Virus record (IMG/VR): IMGVR_UViG_3300045988_154312
Span: 160,001 to 224,000 of that record
Length of the DNA: 64,000 nt
From: a virus
Reading direction: 5' to 3' (one strand)
Shown here: piece after piece, positions 16,668-25,653 of the stretch
Numbering within the stretch: position 1 is the stretch's first letter
Layout: the number at the start of each line of letters is the position of its first letter
Program-made: the position numbers and the translations under genes
The notes under the pieces: model-generated
Told to the model about the DNA's origin: nothing
Databases searched by the model: none
What the model saw: the letters and a program-made list of their open reading frames with translations, nothing else

Positions 16668-16874
16668 ATGAACGATAAAATAAGAAAAATAATTTTTAAT
16701 TATAATCTACAAATGCCTTGTGAACTTTATAATAAGTATATAATACGCTCAAATATGTATAATCGTATGATAATTTGTTTTAGTGCTAAACATAATTGTT
16801 CATCTAAAACAAAAGAATTATATGATTATTATATATTTTTAAATTGTATGGATATAATTAGACGAAATTACTAA
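16668..16874 (+). CDS. Tyr-rich motif family, member 11
   Basis: 68 aa. Contains MPCELYNKYII and KELYDYYIFLNCM. Closest to the member at 12603. Confidence 0.65.
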   Translation: MNDKIRKIIFNYNLQMPCELYNKYIIRSNMYNRMIICFSAKHNCSSKTKELYDYYIFLNCMDIIRRNY

Positions 16875-16889
16875 TAAGGAGGCGATCAT

Positions 16890-17222
16890 ATGAACTTCGA
16901 ATATAATAAAGAGAAATACATGTATAAAAATATTAAAGACGAATTACCATTCGATGATGATAGTTATATGTGGCGAAGTGATGAATACGGGCTATATGGC
17001 GTTGAATTTTATCCGGTAGAAGCACCAGGATCAAACGGTAAATTAGCTCAATGCTTCGGAAAGAATTTAGCTTTAGAAAGTTATGCATCTTACGATTCTA
17101 TGTATTTAACAGAGAAATCTGCAATCGACTTCGAAATCGATAAGATTATTTTTAAAAATATCACGAATCAAAAAGAACTTAATTATATGTATGAATTATT
17201 AATGTTAAAACAAAATGAATAG
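16890..17222 (+). CDS. hypothetical protein
   Basis: 110 aa. SD TAAGGAGG. Confidence 0.7.
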   Translation: MNFEYNKEKYMYKNIKDELPFDDDSYMWRSDEYGLYGVEFYPVEAPGSNGKLAQCFGKNLALESYASYDSMYLTEKSAIDFEIDKIIFKNITNQKELNYMYELLMLKQNE

Positions 17223-17418
17223 TCAAAAAATAAAACTTTTAAGAAATACTTGTGAAGGCCATATTTTAAATTTGGATAATCATATATATATAAAATATGC
17301 ATTATCGACAAACATTGAAAAAGATGGACTTGACCGTATTGAATCTGACGATGTTCTTTTTATGGGTCTTAGTTTTATATATAATTATTACATATATTTA
17401 AGTTATGTAGAATTATAA
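17215..17418 (+). CDS. Tyr-rich motif family, member 12
   Basis: 67 aa. C-terminus SFIYNYYIYLSYVEL. Confidence 0.65.
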   Translation: MNSQKIKLLRNTCEGHILNLDNHIYIKYALSTNIEKDGLDRIESDDVLFMGLSFIYNYYIYLSYVEL

Positions 17419-17432
17419 AAAGGATTAATAAT

Positions 17433-17762
17433 ATGTATAATAGTAATTGTTATTTAAATTTTAGGACTGATTTATTTGCCGACACTTTTTTTAACGTAAT
17501 TCAAAAACATCATGACCTAGAAATTCGTTGTGAACAAGCATTATGGGTACCGTTCGATTATTTATTGTATAAGAATACTATTACAATAAAATATAAAAAT
17601 CAATATAACGAAGAACTAACATTAATTCTCAATAAAGATAACGAAATAATAAAAGCAACGACCGTCGTTAAAGAAAAATATCCAGAAGACGGCACCGATT
17701 CGTTTTATTTTATCAATGCATTTCAAGAAGTAATGTTCAACGATTATTTTTTAAAGGATTAA
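17433..17762 (+). CDS. hypothetical protein; weak paralog of 17767..18084
   Basis: 109 aa. Both proteins end in (F/Y)NDYF. Confidence 0.6.
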   Translation: MYNSNCYLNFRTDLFADTFFNVIQKHHDLEIRCEQALWVPFDYLLYKNTITIKYKNQYNEELTLILNKDNEIIKATTVVKEKYPEDGTDSFYFINAFQEVMFNDYFLKD

Positions 17763-17766
17763 TATT

Positions 17767-18084
17767 ATGTATATAAGATTTAAAACAAAAAAATTCGCTA
17801 CTGAATTTATTGATGCAGTAAAAAAGAGCGCAGGAAAATCATTCTATTTTAAAGAATTCGGTACATGGGATTTTTATTATATCAACGAAAAAGAAAACGG
17901 AATCGTAATATCATATCGAAATAGAAAAACAGATTATATTATAATAATAAATATTTTTATTGATAAGTATATGAAAAATCAAATAATTTTTAATACGTAC
18001 GAAGGATATGATTCTATATATACTCCGTTATTTTATAATGAATATAAACAATTATTTTATAACGATTATTTTATCGGTGAATAA
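17767..18084 (+). CDS. hypothetical protein
   Basis: 105 aa. Confidence 0.6.
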   Translation: MYIRFKTKKFATEFIDAVKKSAGKSFYFKEFGTWDFYYINEKENGIVISYRNRKTDYIIIINIFIDKYMKNQIIFNTYEGYDSIYTPLFYNEYKQLFYNDYFIGE

Positions 18085-18085
18085 A

Positions 18086-18538
18086 ATGGATGAACACATA
18101 ATAGAAAATAAAAACTTTTGGGATATTATGTTTAATGAATTAGATAAGACTACCAATGAAGATTGGAAAAAATTTGTCGAAAAGCATGACGAGGAAAGGA
18201 ATAAAAAAATGGATAAACAATTATTTTTAAGATATCGAGATCATTTTGATAATCTTATCAGAGAAAAATATCTTCTCGACAACAAAACATATGACTTCGA
18301 TAACTACGATATCGAAGATTTTGAATTTGAAAAATTAGATTTTTATTATGACGACGGCCGTGAATGTAAAATCGTAAAATACGATTGGGACGGCGAAGGA
18401 AAATGGTCTTATATTAATAACATTACAATTCGTTTTTCTAACGGCGAAATAATGGAGCACGTAAGCGGATATCATCTTTTCTTAACAGTAGAATCATTAG
18501 AAAAATATGGCTGGTTCTTTAAAGAAGACGACTATTAA
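18086..18538 (+). CDS. hypothetical protein; paralog of 13566..13886
   Basis: The ATG at 18086 lies 2 nt after the previous stop. The longer 18008 start overlaps the upstream gene. Confidence 0.65.
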   Translation: MDEHIIENKNFWDIMFNELDKTTNEDWKKFVEKHDEERNKKMDKQLFLRYRDHFDNLIREKYLLDNKTYDFDNYDIEDFEFEKLDFYYDDGRECKIVKYDWDGEGKWSYINNITIRFSNGEIMEHVSGYHLFLTVESLEKYGWFFKEDDY

Positions 18539-18552
18539 TAGTATTTTGTCAA

Positions 18553-18720
18553 ATGAACGATAAACTAATAAGAATGATAAATAAGTTTCATAGGCACCAT
18601 TGTGAATCATATACTGGATATTATCGAACATATAGTATTAGATTTAATGTATCTCCTAACTATGTTAAATATATGCCCGATATATTATTTCATTATTATG
18701 AGTATTATACTTATATATAA
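18553..18720 (+). CDS. Tyr-rich motif family, member 13 (divergent, 55 aa)
   Basis: Translated by hand: MNDKLIRMINKF...ILFHYYEYYTYI. Confidence 0.45.
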   Translation: MNDKLIRMINKFHRHHCESYTGYYRTYSIRFNVSPNYVKYMPDILFHYYEYYTYI

Positions 18721-18731
18721 AGGAGAGATTT

Positions 18732-18944
18732 ATGAGATATAAAGTCGTATTTACTAAATTTAAAGGATTGAATCATTTCGAAGAAACCGAAAGTGCCAGC
18801 GACATAATCAAAGAATTCGTTAAACAAAACAATGCTTTAAAAATAAGAAATATTTTTACCGAAGATAATATTACCTTTGGTAAAGTTCAAGATCTCGATG
18901 GTTTTGATTACGGTATGATTATTATTAAAGAAGTTGCATCATGA
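18732..18944 (+). CDS. hypothetical protein
   Basis: 70 aa. SD AAGGAGAG. Confidence 0.7.
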   Translation: MRYKVVFTKFKGLNHFEETESASDIIKEFVKQNNALKIRNIFTEDNITFGKVQDLDGFDYGMIIIKEVAS

Positions 18945-19126
18945 TTAAAATAATAAATCAAAAGTTAGTCGATGCCGTTTTTAAATACGATGATTATGAG
19001 CCTAACGATCTTGTTCAATATTTAACGTGCGAAAATTTCGAAGAAAAATATTATACATATATGTATACTAATGGTGAATATTATTACTATTTTTATCTAT
19101 CAATAGGATTAATTTGTAATCTATAA
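18941..19126 (+). CDS. Tyr-rich motif family, member 14
   Basis: 61 aa. C-terminus NGEYYYYFYLSIG. Confidence 0.6.
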   Translation: MIKIINQKLVDAVFKYDDYEPNDLVQYLTCENFEEKYYTYMYTNGEYYYYFYLSIGLICNL

Positions 19127-19185
19127 AAGCGAACATATATCCGCTTTTAAGAATTTATGCAGTTTAATAATAATAGCAGGATTTT

Positions 19186-19214
19186 TTGTAAAAAAAAGTA
19201 TTTTATGATATAAT
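19186..19214 (+). promoter_or_regulatory. SigA/sigma70-type promoter
   Basis: TTGTAA, a 17-nt spacer ending in TGA (extended -10), then TATAAT. It lies in a 120-nt gap after a weak hairpin. Confidence 0.6.
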
Positions 19215-19247
19215 AAAAGGTTATGATATACTAATAAGGAGAATAAT

Positions 19248-19478
19248 ATGACTGAAAAAGAAGCAATAATTATCGAAGAAATATATTTAATAGAAAATTA
19301 ATTAAAAGAAAAAACATTAGATTATTTTCTCGATAAATATTATGGCGGTAAAACCTTAGAAAAATTACAACCATTTCAACGAGAAAAAATATTAAAATGG
19401 ATGCAGTCATGTCTCGAAAACGAAGAGATGGCTCTCGATAATATTAGTAGTTGGGCTTTAGAACATGGATATTTCTAA
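19248..19478 (+). pseudogene. hypothetical gene interrupted by an in-frame TAA
   Basis: ATG with SD TAAGGAGAA. A 77-codon frame is broken only by TAA at 19299-19301 (MTEKEAIIIEEIYLIEN*LKEKTLDYF...ALEHGYF). Confidence 0.55.
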
Positions 19479-19481
19479 ATC

Positions 19482-19703
19482 ATGACTGATAAATTTATAG
19501 AAAAAGTATACATTACGTTACAAATTAAAATATCGTTAGATATATTTAATCAGGATCTCGAGCGTTTTTTAATGGAAACAAATGCCAGAAAATTATATCG
19601 TATATATATTTTAACTAATAAAAATCAGAAATATGATGATTACTATGGCTATTATCTATACTTATTACTATGTACCGATACTTTATTGGAAGGAATAATA
19701 TAA
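19482..19703 (+). CDS. Tyr-rich motif family, member 15
   Basis: 73 aa. Contains YDDYYGYYLYLLL. Confidence 0.6.
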   Translation: MTDKFIEKVYITLQIKISLDIFNQDLERFLMETNARKLYRIYILTNKNQKYDDYYGYYLYLLLCTDTLLEGII

Positions 19704-19903
19704 TGTATACTGATAAGCTAGTAAAATATATGTCTTTAAAAAACGATCAGTATTATAAAGACGGTAATACTAAATATCTTTCGCTTAATAATTTAAATAA
19801 TCCTAAAGCGATATTTTCATATAAAGCGTATCAGGATCAAGAAGGAATAGCATATAGTGCCAATATATACTACTGGTATTATCTATGCTTAATATTAATA
19901 TGA
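19703..19903 (+). CDS. Tyr-rich motif family, member 16
   Basis: TAATG overlap start. C-terminus AYSANIYYWYYLCLIL. Confidence 0.6.
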   Translation: MYTDKLVKYMSLKNDQYYKDGNTKYLSLNNLNNPKAIFSYKAYQDQEGIAYSANIYYWYYLCLILI

Positions 19904-20106
19904 ATGGAAAAACAAATGAATTTAAGTTTTCATTAAAATTATTTGATCGTAAAATAAAAAGTAATAGCATATATATAAAATTAACACCAACAATTAATTG
20001 TCGAACAGTATATATTTTATTTATTAAAAATATAAAATATCGTAAATTATATTATTATTATATATATTATACATATTTATCATTATTAGATGTAGACACA
20101 CTATGA
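19900..20106 (+). CDS. Tyr-rich motif family, member 17
   Basis: ATGA overlap start. C-terminus KLYYYYIYYTYLSLL. Confidence 0.6.
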   Translation: MNGKTNEFKFSLKLFDRKIKSNSIYIKLTPTINCRTVYILFIKNIKYRKLYYYYIYYTYLSLLDVDTL

Positions 20107-20312
20107 AAGAATATCATTTATCAGAAATATTAAGGATATCTTATCTTGTATATACTAGATATAATCGTAAGTACGATATAGATCTTAATCTTTTAATATG
20201 TAGAAAATTAAACAATACTGTCGTATATATAAATGAATATAACGACAAATATTCTGGTAACTTATATTATGATTATTATATATTTTTATTGTTGTTAGGT
20301 AATATCGAATGA
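20103..20312 (+). CDS. Tyr-rich motif family, member 18
   Basis: 69 aa. C-terminus KYSGNLYYDYYIFLLL. This is the intact counterpart of the pseudogene at 12794. Confidence 0.7.
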   Translation: MKEYHLSEILRISYLVYTRYNRKYDIDLNLLICRKLNNTVVYINEYNDKYSGNLYYDYYIFLLLLGNIE

Positions 20313-20503
20313 CTAATAAAATGATAAAAGAATTAAATATATATATGAATACAATACAGGATAGTAGGCATTTAAGTATGCGATATATTAGAATACTTGA
20401 TAATATATCGATGCTACCAACATATTTTAAATTTAATCGTGGCCCATGTCAGTATTTATCTTGGTATTTTTTATACTATTTTTATAATCAGGAATTAAAA
20501 TGA
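20309..20503 (+). CDS. Tyr-rich motif family, member 19 (divergent)
   Basis: 64 aa. C-terminus YLSWYFLYYFY. Confidence 0.55.
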   Translation: MTNKMIKELNIYMNTIQDSRHLSMRYIRILDNISMLPTYFKFNRGPCQYLSWYFLYYFYNQELK

Positions 20504-20715
20504 TTGCGAACAATAAACTCGACGGCGTATTAGAATATTTTACAGAAGACATGTGTTATCATGACGAAATAGAGCCTGGTAGCGAACCATTTTTAATGTT
20601 ATATAATACACATGTTATTTTCGATTTAGATGACTGTCCAAATTTATATTATTACTATTATAGTTTTTATATATATGTTATGTTAATTAAGGAAGAAGGT
20701 CTATATGAAATTTAA
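20500..20715 (+). CDS. Tyr-rich motif family, member 20
   Basis: 71 aa. Contains NLYYYYYSFYIYVML. Confidence 0.6.
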   Translation: MIANNKLDGVLEYFTEDMCYHDEIEPGSEPFLMLYNTHVIFDLDDCPNLYYYYYSFYIYVMLIKEEGLYEI

Positions 20716-20917
20716 AGTATTACTATTAACAGTTCTGTTAGGTGTATCCGTATTAAGTATTAATGCATACGATTCCGATAAAAAAGAGTGTAATCAATAT
20801 TTAGACTGTAAATATTATCAAAATGTGAATATTATTAACTTACATTATGAAAATGACGGAAAATCTGTTAAATTGGTACAACCTAATAACAGTTTTCATT
20901 ATAAAAAAACAAAATGA
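20705..20917 (+). CDS. small secreted protein (signal peptide)
   Basis: N-terminus MKFKVLLLTVLLGVSVLSINA, then a polar mature part with 2 Cys. Confidence 0.6.
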   Translation: MKFKVLLLTVLLGVSVLSINAYDSDKKECNQYLDCKYYQNVNIINLHYENDGKSVKLVQPNNSFHYKKTK

Positions 20918-21138
20918 TCAGCAAACAAAATAGAGCTCTGTCGATAACTTATCGAGGTATAAAATTATACGAGAATTTTAATAAATATTCTATTGTTAAT
21001 AATTTAAAAATTCACGACAAATTAACAAATATATGTGTATATAATGACAATGAACGCATGTTTAGTGCTAATATGTATTATAGTTATTATGTTATATTAC
21101 ATTTAATTGACGAAAAATTTAAAAGGAGAAGGACATGA
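20914..21138 (+). CDS. Tyr-rich motif family, member 21
   Basis: 74 aa. Contains MFSANMYYSYYVILHL. Confidence 0.65.
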   Translation: MISKQNRALSITYRGIKLYENFNKYSIVNNLKIHDKLTNICVYNDNERMFSANMYYSYYVILHLIDEKFKRRRT

Positions 21139-21602
21139 ATTGTGAGAAGAATTTGAAAATTAAGTCTTCGGGCTTAACAAAGTTGTTGCGATCTATGAAT
21201 TACAATACGTCTGTCGTCGTTATTAAAACAGATTACGGTTATAAAACAACGTTAATGGCTTTACGTGACGATGGTAATTTTTTACAATTAACAGTATGCT
21301 TAAATTATCATGGTAGCATTGTCGATACTATACATATTCGTATGAATAATACTAAGAAAGATTTAAAATACGAAGATTTTATTTATTTTAAAGCTAACGA
21401 TCCGTATACTGAACGTAAGGACTTATCCGAAGCTATTGCTAATTTAATTATTAATACGAATAGAAAAGTCGATATGTTTTATACTTTTTCATTAAAAAAT
21501 ATTAAAACAGCCTTATTAGACCCAGTATTAATTAGACAATATTTATCTGTGCAACGACAAATGAATAGAATTACTAATACTATTAATGAAGTAAAGATTT
21601 AA
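21135..21602 (+). CDS. hypothetical protein
   Basis: 155 aa. ATGA overlap and SD AAAGGAGAAGG. Confidence 0.7.
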   Translation: MNCEKNLKIKSSGLTKLLRSMNYNTSVVVIKTDYGYKTTLMALRDDGNFLQLTVCLNYHGSIVDTIHIRMNNTKKDLKYEDFIYFKANDPYTERKDLSEAIANLIINTNRKVDMFYTFSLKNIKTALLDPVLIRQYLSVQRQMNRITNTINEVKI

Positions 21603-21604
21603 AA

Positions 21605-21865
21605 ATGGTTTATAATATTATTAAATATAGCAGACATAATAACGATACATATGTATATATACAAAAAATGCCTGGCATTTATAATCGAAATCTAAGTTTA
21701 TATTTTGCATATATATATAGTATATTCGACTTTAAGTTTCGATATAGTATTGTTAAAGATATAGATTTTCAAGCATATGTTAATTTTAGATTATTAGATG
21801 AAAGTATTAATCCTAAAAATGTCGACATCTTAAATATATTAAAGAGTAAAAATTATGAAATATAA
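21605..21865 (+). CDS. hypothetical protein
   Basis: 86 aa. Confidence 0.55.
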   Translation: MVYNIIKYSRHNNDTYVYIQKMPGIYNRNLSLYFAYIYSIFDFKFRYSIVKDIDFQAYVNFRLLDESINPKNVDILNILKSKNYEI

Positions 21866-22139
21866 AATATTATTAAGAAAGATGCCAGTCGATGAATATG
21901 CCTATGAATTATGTTACGATGCTTTTAATAGTAATTTTAATAGTTCTTTATATATAACATATTTGTTGTTTAATATGTATCCAAAAAGTAGTGTATATTT
22001 AGTTAGCAATACAAAATTAGAGGCATTAGTGTCAATACCTACCCCTGATTATATATTTATGGAAGAGTTAGAAAAACATAATTTATTAAGTATTATAGAA
22101 AGAAATAAAGATGAATCTATTAAGCGAGACAGAATATAA
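21855..22139 (+). CDS. hypothetical protein
   Basis: 94 aa. Confidence 0.55.
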   Translation: MKYKILLRKMPVDEYAYELCYDAFNSNFNSSLYITYLLFNMYPKSSVYLVSNTKLEALVSIPTPDYIFMEELEKHNLLSIIERNKDESIKRDRI

Positions 22140-22476
22140 ATTAAAAGAGCTTGGCCTCACATTAGACGATATTCAGTTTGTGATGTGTACGGAATCTGAA
22201 TACGGTAGCGACTTTATTTTTATGAACAAAGATACGTTTATTGGAAAGGCTACCCTCGTTAATTACGATAATGGATATGGATCTCAAGAGATTAAAAATA
22301 ACTTAACAATTTATACTAAGACTCATATCATTTATCGATTTGAATACGACGGAGCAGAATGCTGGAAATATATTCCGACAATTACTGGCCTTGACGAATT
22401 CTTACAGGATGAAAAAAACTGGAAAGAATTTAAGCTTGAATCAAAGGATTATTATGAAAAACAAATTCCGTTCTAG
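22111..22476 (+). CDS. hypothetical protein
   Basis: 121 aa. Confidence 0.6.
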   Translation: MNLLSETEYKLKELGLTLDDIQFVMCTESEYGSDFIFMNKDTFIGKATLVNYDNGYGSQEIKNNLTIYTKTHIIYRFEYDGAECWKYIPTITGLDEFLQDEKNWKEFKLESKDYYEKQIPF

Positions 22477-22667
22477 AATTAATAAATGGATTAAAACTAA
22501 AATCTCATCAGTATTGCTTCCATATTATACATGGATAGTATTTGAAAAGCAGGAAAAAATTGGTGAAAAAAATTTAAATTATACCACATTTATTTCTTTT
22601 TCTTAGAAAAATATTTATAATTATAATAAAGAAGAGAAATAATTGTGGATTTTTTTATAGGAAAAAT

Positions 22668-22970
22668 ATGAGTGAAACATATATAATTTCGTCATATGCA
22701 AAAAATGATAGGGATCGATTATGTCGGTTTAAAACATATAAAGCTGATAATATGTTCGTTCGAGCATACCATCTAGCATATTATGTATATATTAGTTATG
22801 CGTATGAGAAATATCGTATTTGTATATATCCAGAAGGAACGATAGGCAATCGATACGATATAACGTTCGAGCAGATTGCTGAAATGTACGATATTGTTCA
22901 TTGTATTAAAAATAAAGAGTATAGCAAAAAAATGAATTCTAAAAAACGTAAGTGGTTGAAAATATTTTAG
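22668..22970 (+). CDS. hypothetical protein
   Basis: 100 aa. Internal aromatic stretch AYHLAYYVYISYAY. Confidence 0.6.
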   Translation: MSETYIISSYAKNDRDRLCRFKTYKADNMFVRAYHLAYYVYISYAYEKYRICIYPEGTIGNRYDITFEQIAEMYDIVHCIKNKEYSKKMNSKKRKWLKIF

Positions 22971-22980
22971 GAGGTATTTA

Positions 22981-23283
22981 ATGGGTTATACGTTAAAACA
23001 TAGTATTGAAAAAACTGCCAAAATTATTAATAATCTTGATATTAATCAGTTTAATGGCGATCGTCAAAACTATTATATTGAGTCAGTAGAGTTTGTTAAC
23101 GAAGGTATATTCCCATCAATTCGTTTTATTATTAGAAATGACCAGACTGGTGCAATTGATAAACGTTGCGGTATGTTGCGCAAAATTCCGAATAGTAACG
23201 AAGTCGAATATCGTGACGGAACAGTTAAAATGTATGACGGTATCATCTGGACATTTTTAAAAGAAGCAGGTATAACATTATGA
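22981..23283 (+). CDS. hypothetical protein
   Basis: 100 aa. SD TAGGAGG. Confidence 0.7.
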   Translation: MGYTLKHSIEKTAKIINNLDINQFNGDRQNYYIESVEFVNEGIFPSIRFIIRNDQTGAIDKRCGMLRKIPNSNEVEYRDGTVKMYDGIIWTFLKEAGITL

Positions 23284-23474
23284 ATCATAAAAATTATTAT
23301 GATATCTGTGATTCAGCTCAAAAAATTTATGATAATAATCCTGCATTTTTTCCAGGAAATAATATTAAGAATGATGCAAAAACTAAAATGAGAGAATTCA
23401 ATGTTATTGGTGACGAATTTAATGCTTTATTCTACTATGAATATATTATGTATTTAATCGGAAAAAATTTATAA
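23280..23474 (+). CDS. Tyr-rich motif family, member 22
   Basis: 64 aa. C-terminus FNALFYYEYIMYLIG. Confidence 0.6.
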   Translation: MNHKNYYDICDSAQKIYDNNPAFFPGNNIKNDAKTKMREFNVIGDEFNALFYYEYIMYLIGKNL

Positions 23475-23926
23475 TGTTTAAAACTCAAAAAGAATTAGTT
23501 GAAAATTTATTTTATGTAGGATATAATCCTAAGCTTATTCTATGTAATTTGAAACAAGATCGTATTATTAGGATTGCTTCAAAAAGTGAAAGCATGTCGA
23601 GCCCTAAAAACGGCATATGTATTATTGAATTTAAACTAAAAGATCATCGTTTAATACATCATACAGGTTATAATTTAAATTATACGAGGACTCCGATCGT
23701 TAATTTTATTATCGATGTAAAAAATAAAAAAATTAAAGAAATAGAATTTAAATATCGAGCAGCAAATAATTCCGGCTATATAAAAAATTTTTCGAGTATC
23801 GATAATATTAATTATTTGTTCGATAAAAATCTATTAATTTATCATGATTATATTGTCGGATTTCTATTTGTAAATTATGTTAAGAAAACTGTTAAAAATC
23901 TTAGTAAAAACTACGAGGAGGAATAA
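23474..23926 (+). CDS. hypothetical protein
   Basis: 150 aa. TAATG overlap. Confidence 0.6.
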   Translation: MFKTQKELVENLFYVGYNPKLILCNLKQDRIIRIASKSESMSSPKNGICIIEFKLKDHRLIHHTGYNLNYTRTPIVNFIIDVKNKKIKEIEFKYRAANNSGYIKNFSSIDNINYLFDKNLLIYHDYIVGFLFVNYVKKTVKNLSKNYEEE

Positions 23927-23992
23927 ATATGTTTAAGAAATTCATGAATGAATTGCGTTGGTATATTGAAGAACTATTAAAGGAAATTTAAT

Positions 23993-24211
23993 ATGAAATA
24001 TCGATTAATATTTAACAAATTAAAAATCGAAATAGTATGTGACTGTAATGATTTAACAAAGACAATCGATACTGTTATTATGAATCATAATAAATATGTT
24101 AAAAACAATCACGAATTGAATTATCAAATATATGGCAATGGTCATGGTAGTAATGTCGAAATATATTATAATGGCACATTACTCGAGATTGTTGAAGTAT
24201 CAAAAGCATGA
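23993..24211 (+). CDS. hypothetical protein
   Basis: 72 aa. Confidence 0.55.
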   Translation: MKYRLIFNKLKIEIVCDCNDLTKTIDTVIMNHNKYVKNNHELNYQIYGNGHGSNVEIYYNGTLLEIVEVSKA

Positions 24212-24603
24212 TTAACTGGTTTAAATTATTATATTCGATTAATCATTATAGTCCGATGGTTCGTATTAAATCATCTACTAAAGATTATTCAACTATTTAT
24301 TATTTATTAAGAATAGATGATGAACCATTATATTTTACATTTTTTAACAGTTCCGATACCATTGATTTTCAAGTCATGTTTTTTACATATAATATTCGTA
24401 GAAATATTCGTGAATATTCTATTACGTTAGCTGCTTTTCAGAATAATGGAAAAATGCATCAAGTATATACTATAGATAATCATTTATTGTATAATATAAT
24501 TAATAAAAGTATGTGTAAGCATTTAATATATTATATGTACTTAGAAACTGATAAAGCTCGACAATTAATTGACGAAATATTAGAGGAATATAAAGATGAA
24601 TGA
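24208..24603 (+). CDS. hypothetical protein
   Basis: 131 aa. ATGA overlap. Confidence 0.6.
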   Translation: MINWFKLLYSINHYSPMVRIKSSTKDYSTIYYLLRIDDEPLYFTFFNSSDTIDFQVMFFTYNIRRNIREYSITLAAFQNNGKMHQVYTIDNHLLYNIINKSMCKHLIYYMYLETDKARQLIDEILEEYKDE

Positions 24604-24784
24604 TTTTGGAAAAGTGTTATCGACATATTTTATGTATGATAACAATATCGAAAATAAAAGCCCGACTGATCTTTGTATTGATCTATATAATATAAAACAA
24701 GAATTAGATGCGATCGAAGATGAAAGAACAGTCCGCGAATATTTAAAATTAGCAAAGCTATTAAGAAAAATAGGGCAGCTATGA
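24596..24784 (+). CDS. hypothetical protein
   Basis: 62 aa. Confidence 0.55.
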   Translation: MNDFGKVLSTYFMYDNNIENKSPTDLCIDLYNIKQELDAIEDERTVREYLKLAKLLRKIGQL

Positions 24785-25170
24785 AGTGGGACAAATTTAT
24801 AAAAGAATATAACGATTTAACTGAGTATTTATATAATTATTGGCTTTTTAAAGGTAAAGAAAATAAAAAATTAAATTTATTTTTATTTCAGCATCCGCTT
24901 AAAATTAATTATATTAAATATTATTATTCATATGAAATTGCTCAAAATCAAATTAATTTTCAAATTAGTGTAAAACAATCTGGAAAATCAGTCGATTGTT
25001 TTAATCTATTTTTTAATGAAAAAAATAATATTCGATATGCATTAAGAGAAAATGATTTTTTTAATCGACAATCATTATCTAATATAAACGTCCATAAAAC
25101 TATATTTTTATGGACGTATTTTTTAATGCTTTCAAAAGTTGCTGAATATGAAATAGGAGAATGTTTATGA
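24781..25170 (+). CDS. hypothetical protein
   Basis: 129 aa. ATGA overlap. Confidence 0.6.
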   Translation: MKWDKFIKEYNDLTEYLYNYWLFKGKENKKLNLFLFQHPLKINYIKYYYSYEIAQNQINFQISVKQSGKSVDCFNLFFNEKNNIRYALRENDFFNRQSLSNINVHKTIFLWTYFLMLSKVAEYEIGECL

Positions 25171-25538
25171 CTTTATTCGATAAATCAAACGCAATTGCTT
25201 CCATTCTAGAACGTCATAAAAGTCTTAATATTTTAGATGACATTACTGATATGGAAATTTATAATCAAGACTTTAAAATTTATTTTTTAGTCGCTAAAAC
25301 TATGCTAGGATTAAATAATGAATTACCAGAAGTACTATATTTTAGTATTGAAGATGGTGACGATGTAGTATACTTCGATTTATTCGTCGAAAAAGATAAA
25401 GACGAAGATTATGATCCTGTCTTTATTACGACTGAAACAGAAGATAATATTATAAACTATAACAATTCTTTAGAAGTATTATTCCCAGCTTTAATAGAAT
25501 TAGCATATTATAAATTAAAGGAACGAATGTTTAATTAA
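25161..25538 (+). CDS. hypothetical acidic protein
   Basis: 125 aa. Confidence 0.6.
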   Translation: MFMTLFDKSNAIASILERHKSLNILDDITDMEIYNQDFKIYFLVAKTMLGLNNELPEVLYFSIEDGDDVVYFDLFVEKDKDEDYDPVFITTETEDNIINYNNSLEVLFPALIELAYYKLKERMFN

Positions 25539-25587
25539 TAAGTTAAGCTAGGGCTGTCACTAATTTACCACCATTTACTTTACGGTT

Positions 25588-25605
25588 GGGCTCCGCCCCG
25601 AAATC
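25588..25605 (+). promoter_or_regulatory. GC hairpin (TCC loop) + GAAATC motif copy
   Basis: GGGC-TCC-GCCC-C-GAAATC in a 115-nt gap, about 50 nt upstream of the ATG at 25654. Confidence 0.5.
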
Positions 25606-25653
25606 TCTTCACACGTTTTCTAATGTGGTTTAGTTAGACGAAAGGAATATATT

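Noticed and set aside
22454-22606. Possible 50-aa ORF (MKNKFRSRINKW...) at the tail of ORF 22340..22606
   Set aside because: It overlaps the end of gene 22111..22476, has no clear SD and has no family resemblance. The evidence is insufficient.
23929-23991. 20-codon ORF MFKKFMNELRWYIEELLKEI with a GAGGAGG SD
   Set aside because: The SD belongs to the coding end of the previous gene, and the peptide is too short to support without expression data. It is noted only as a possibility.
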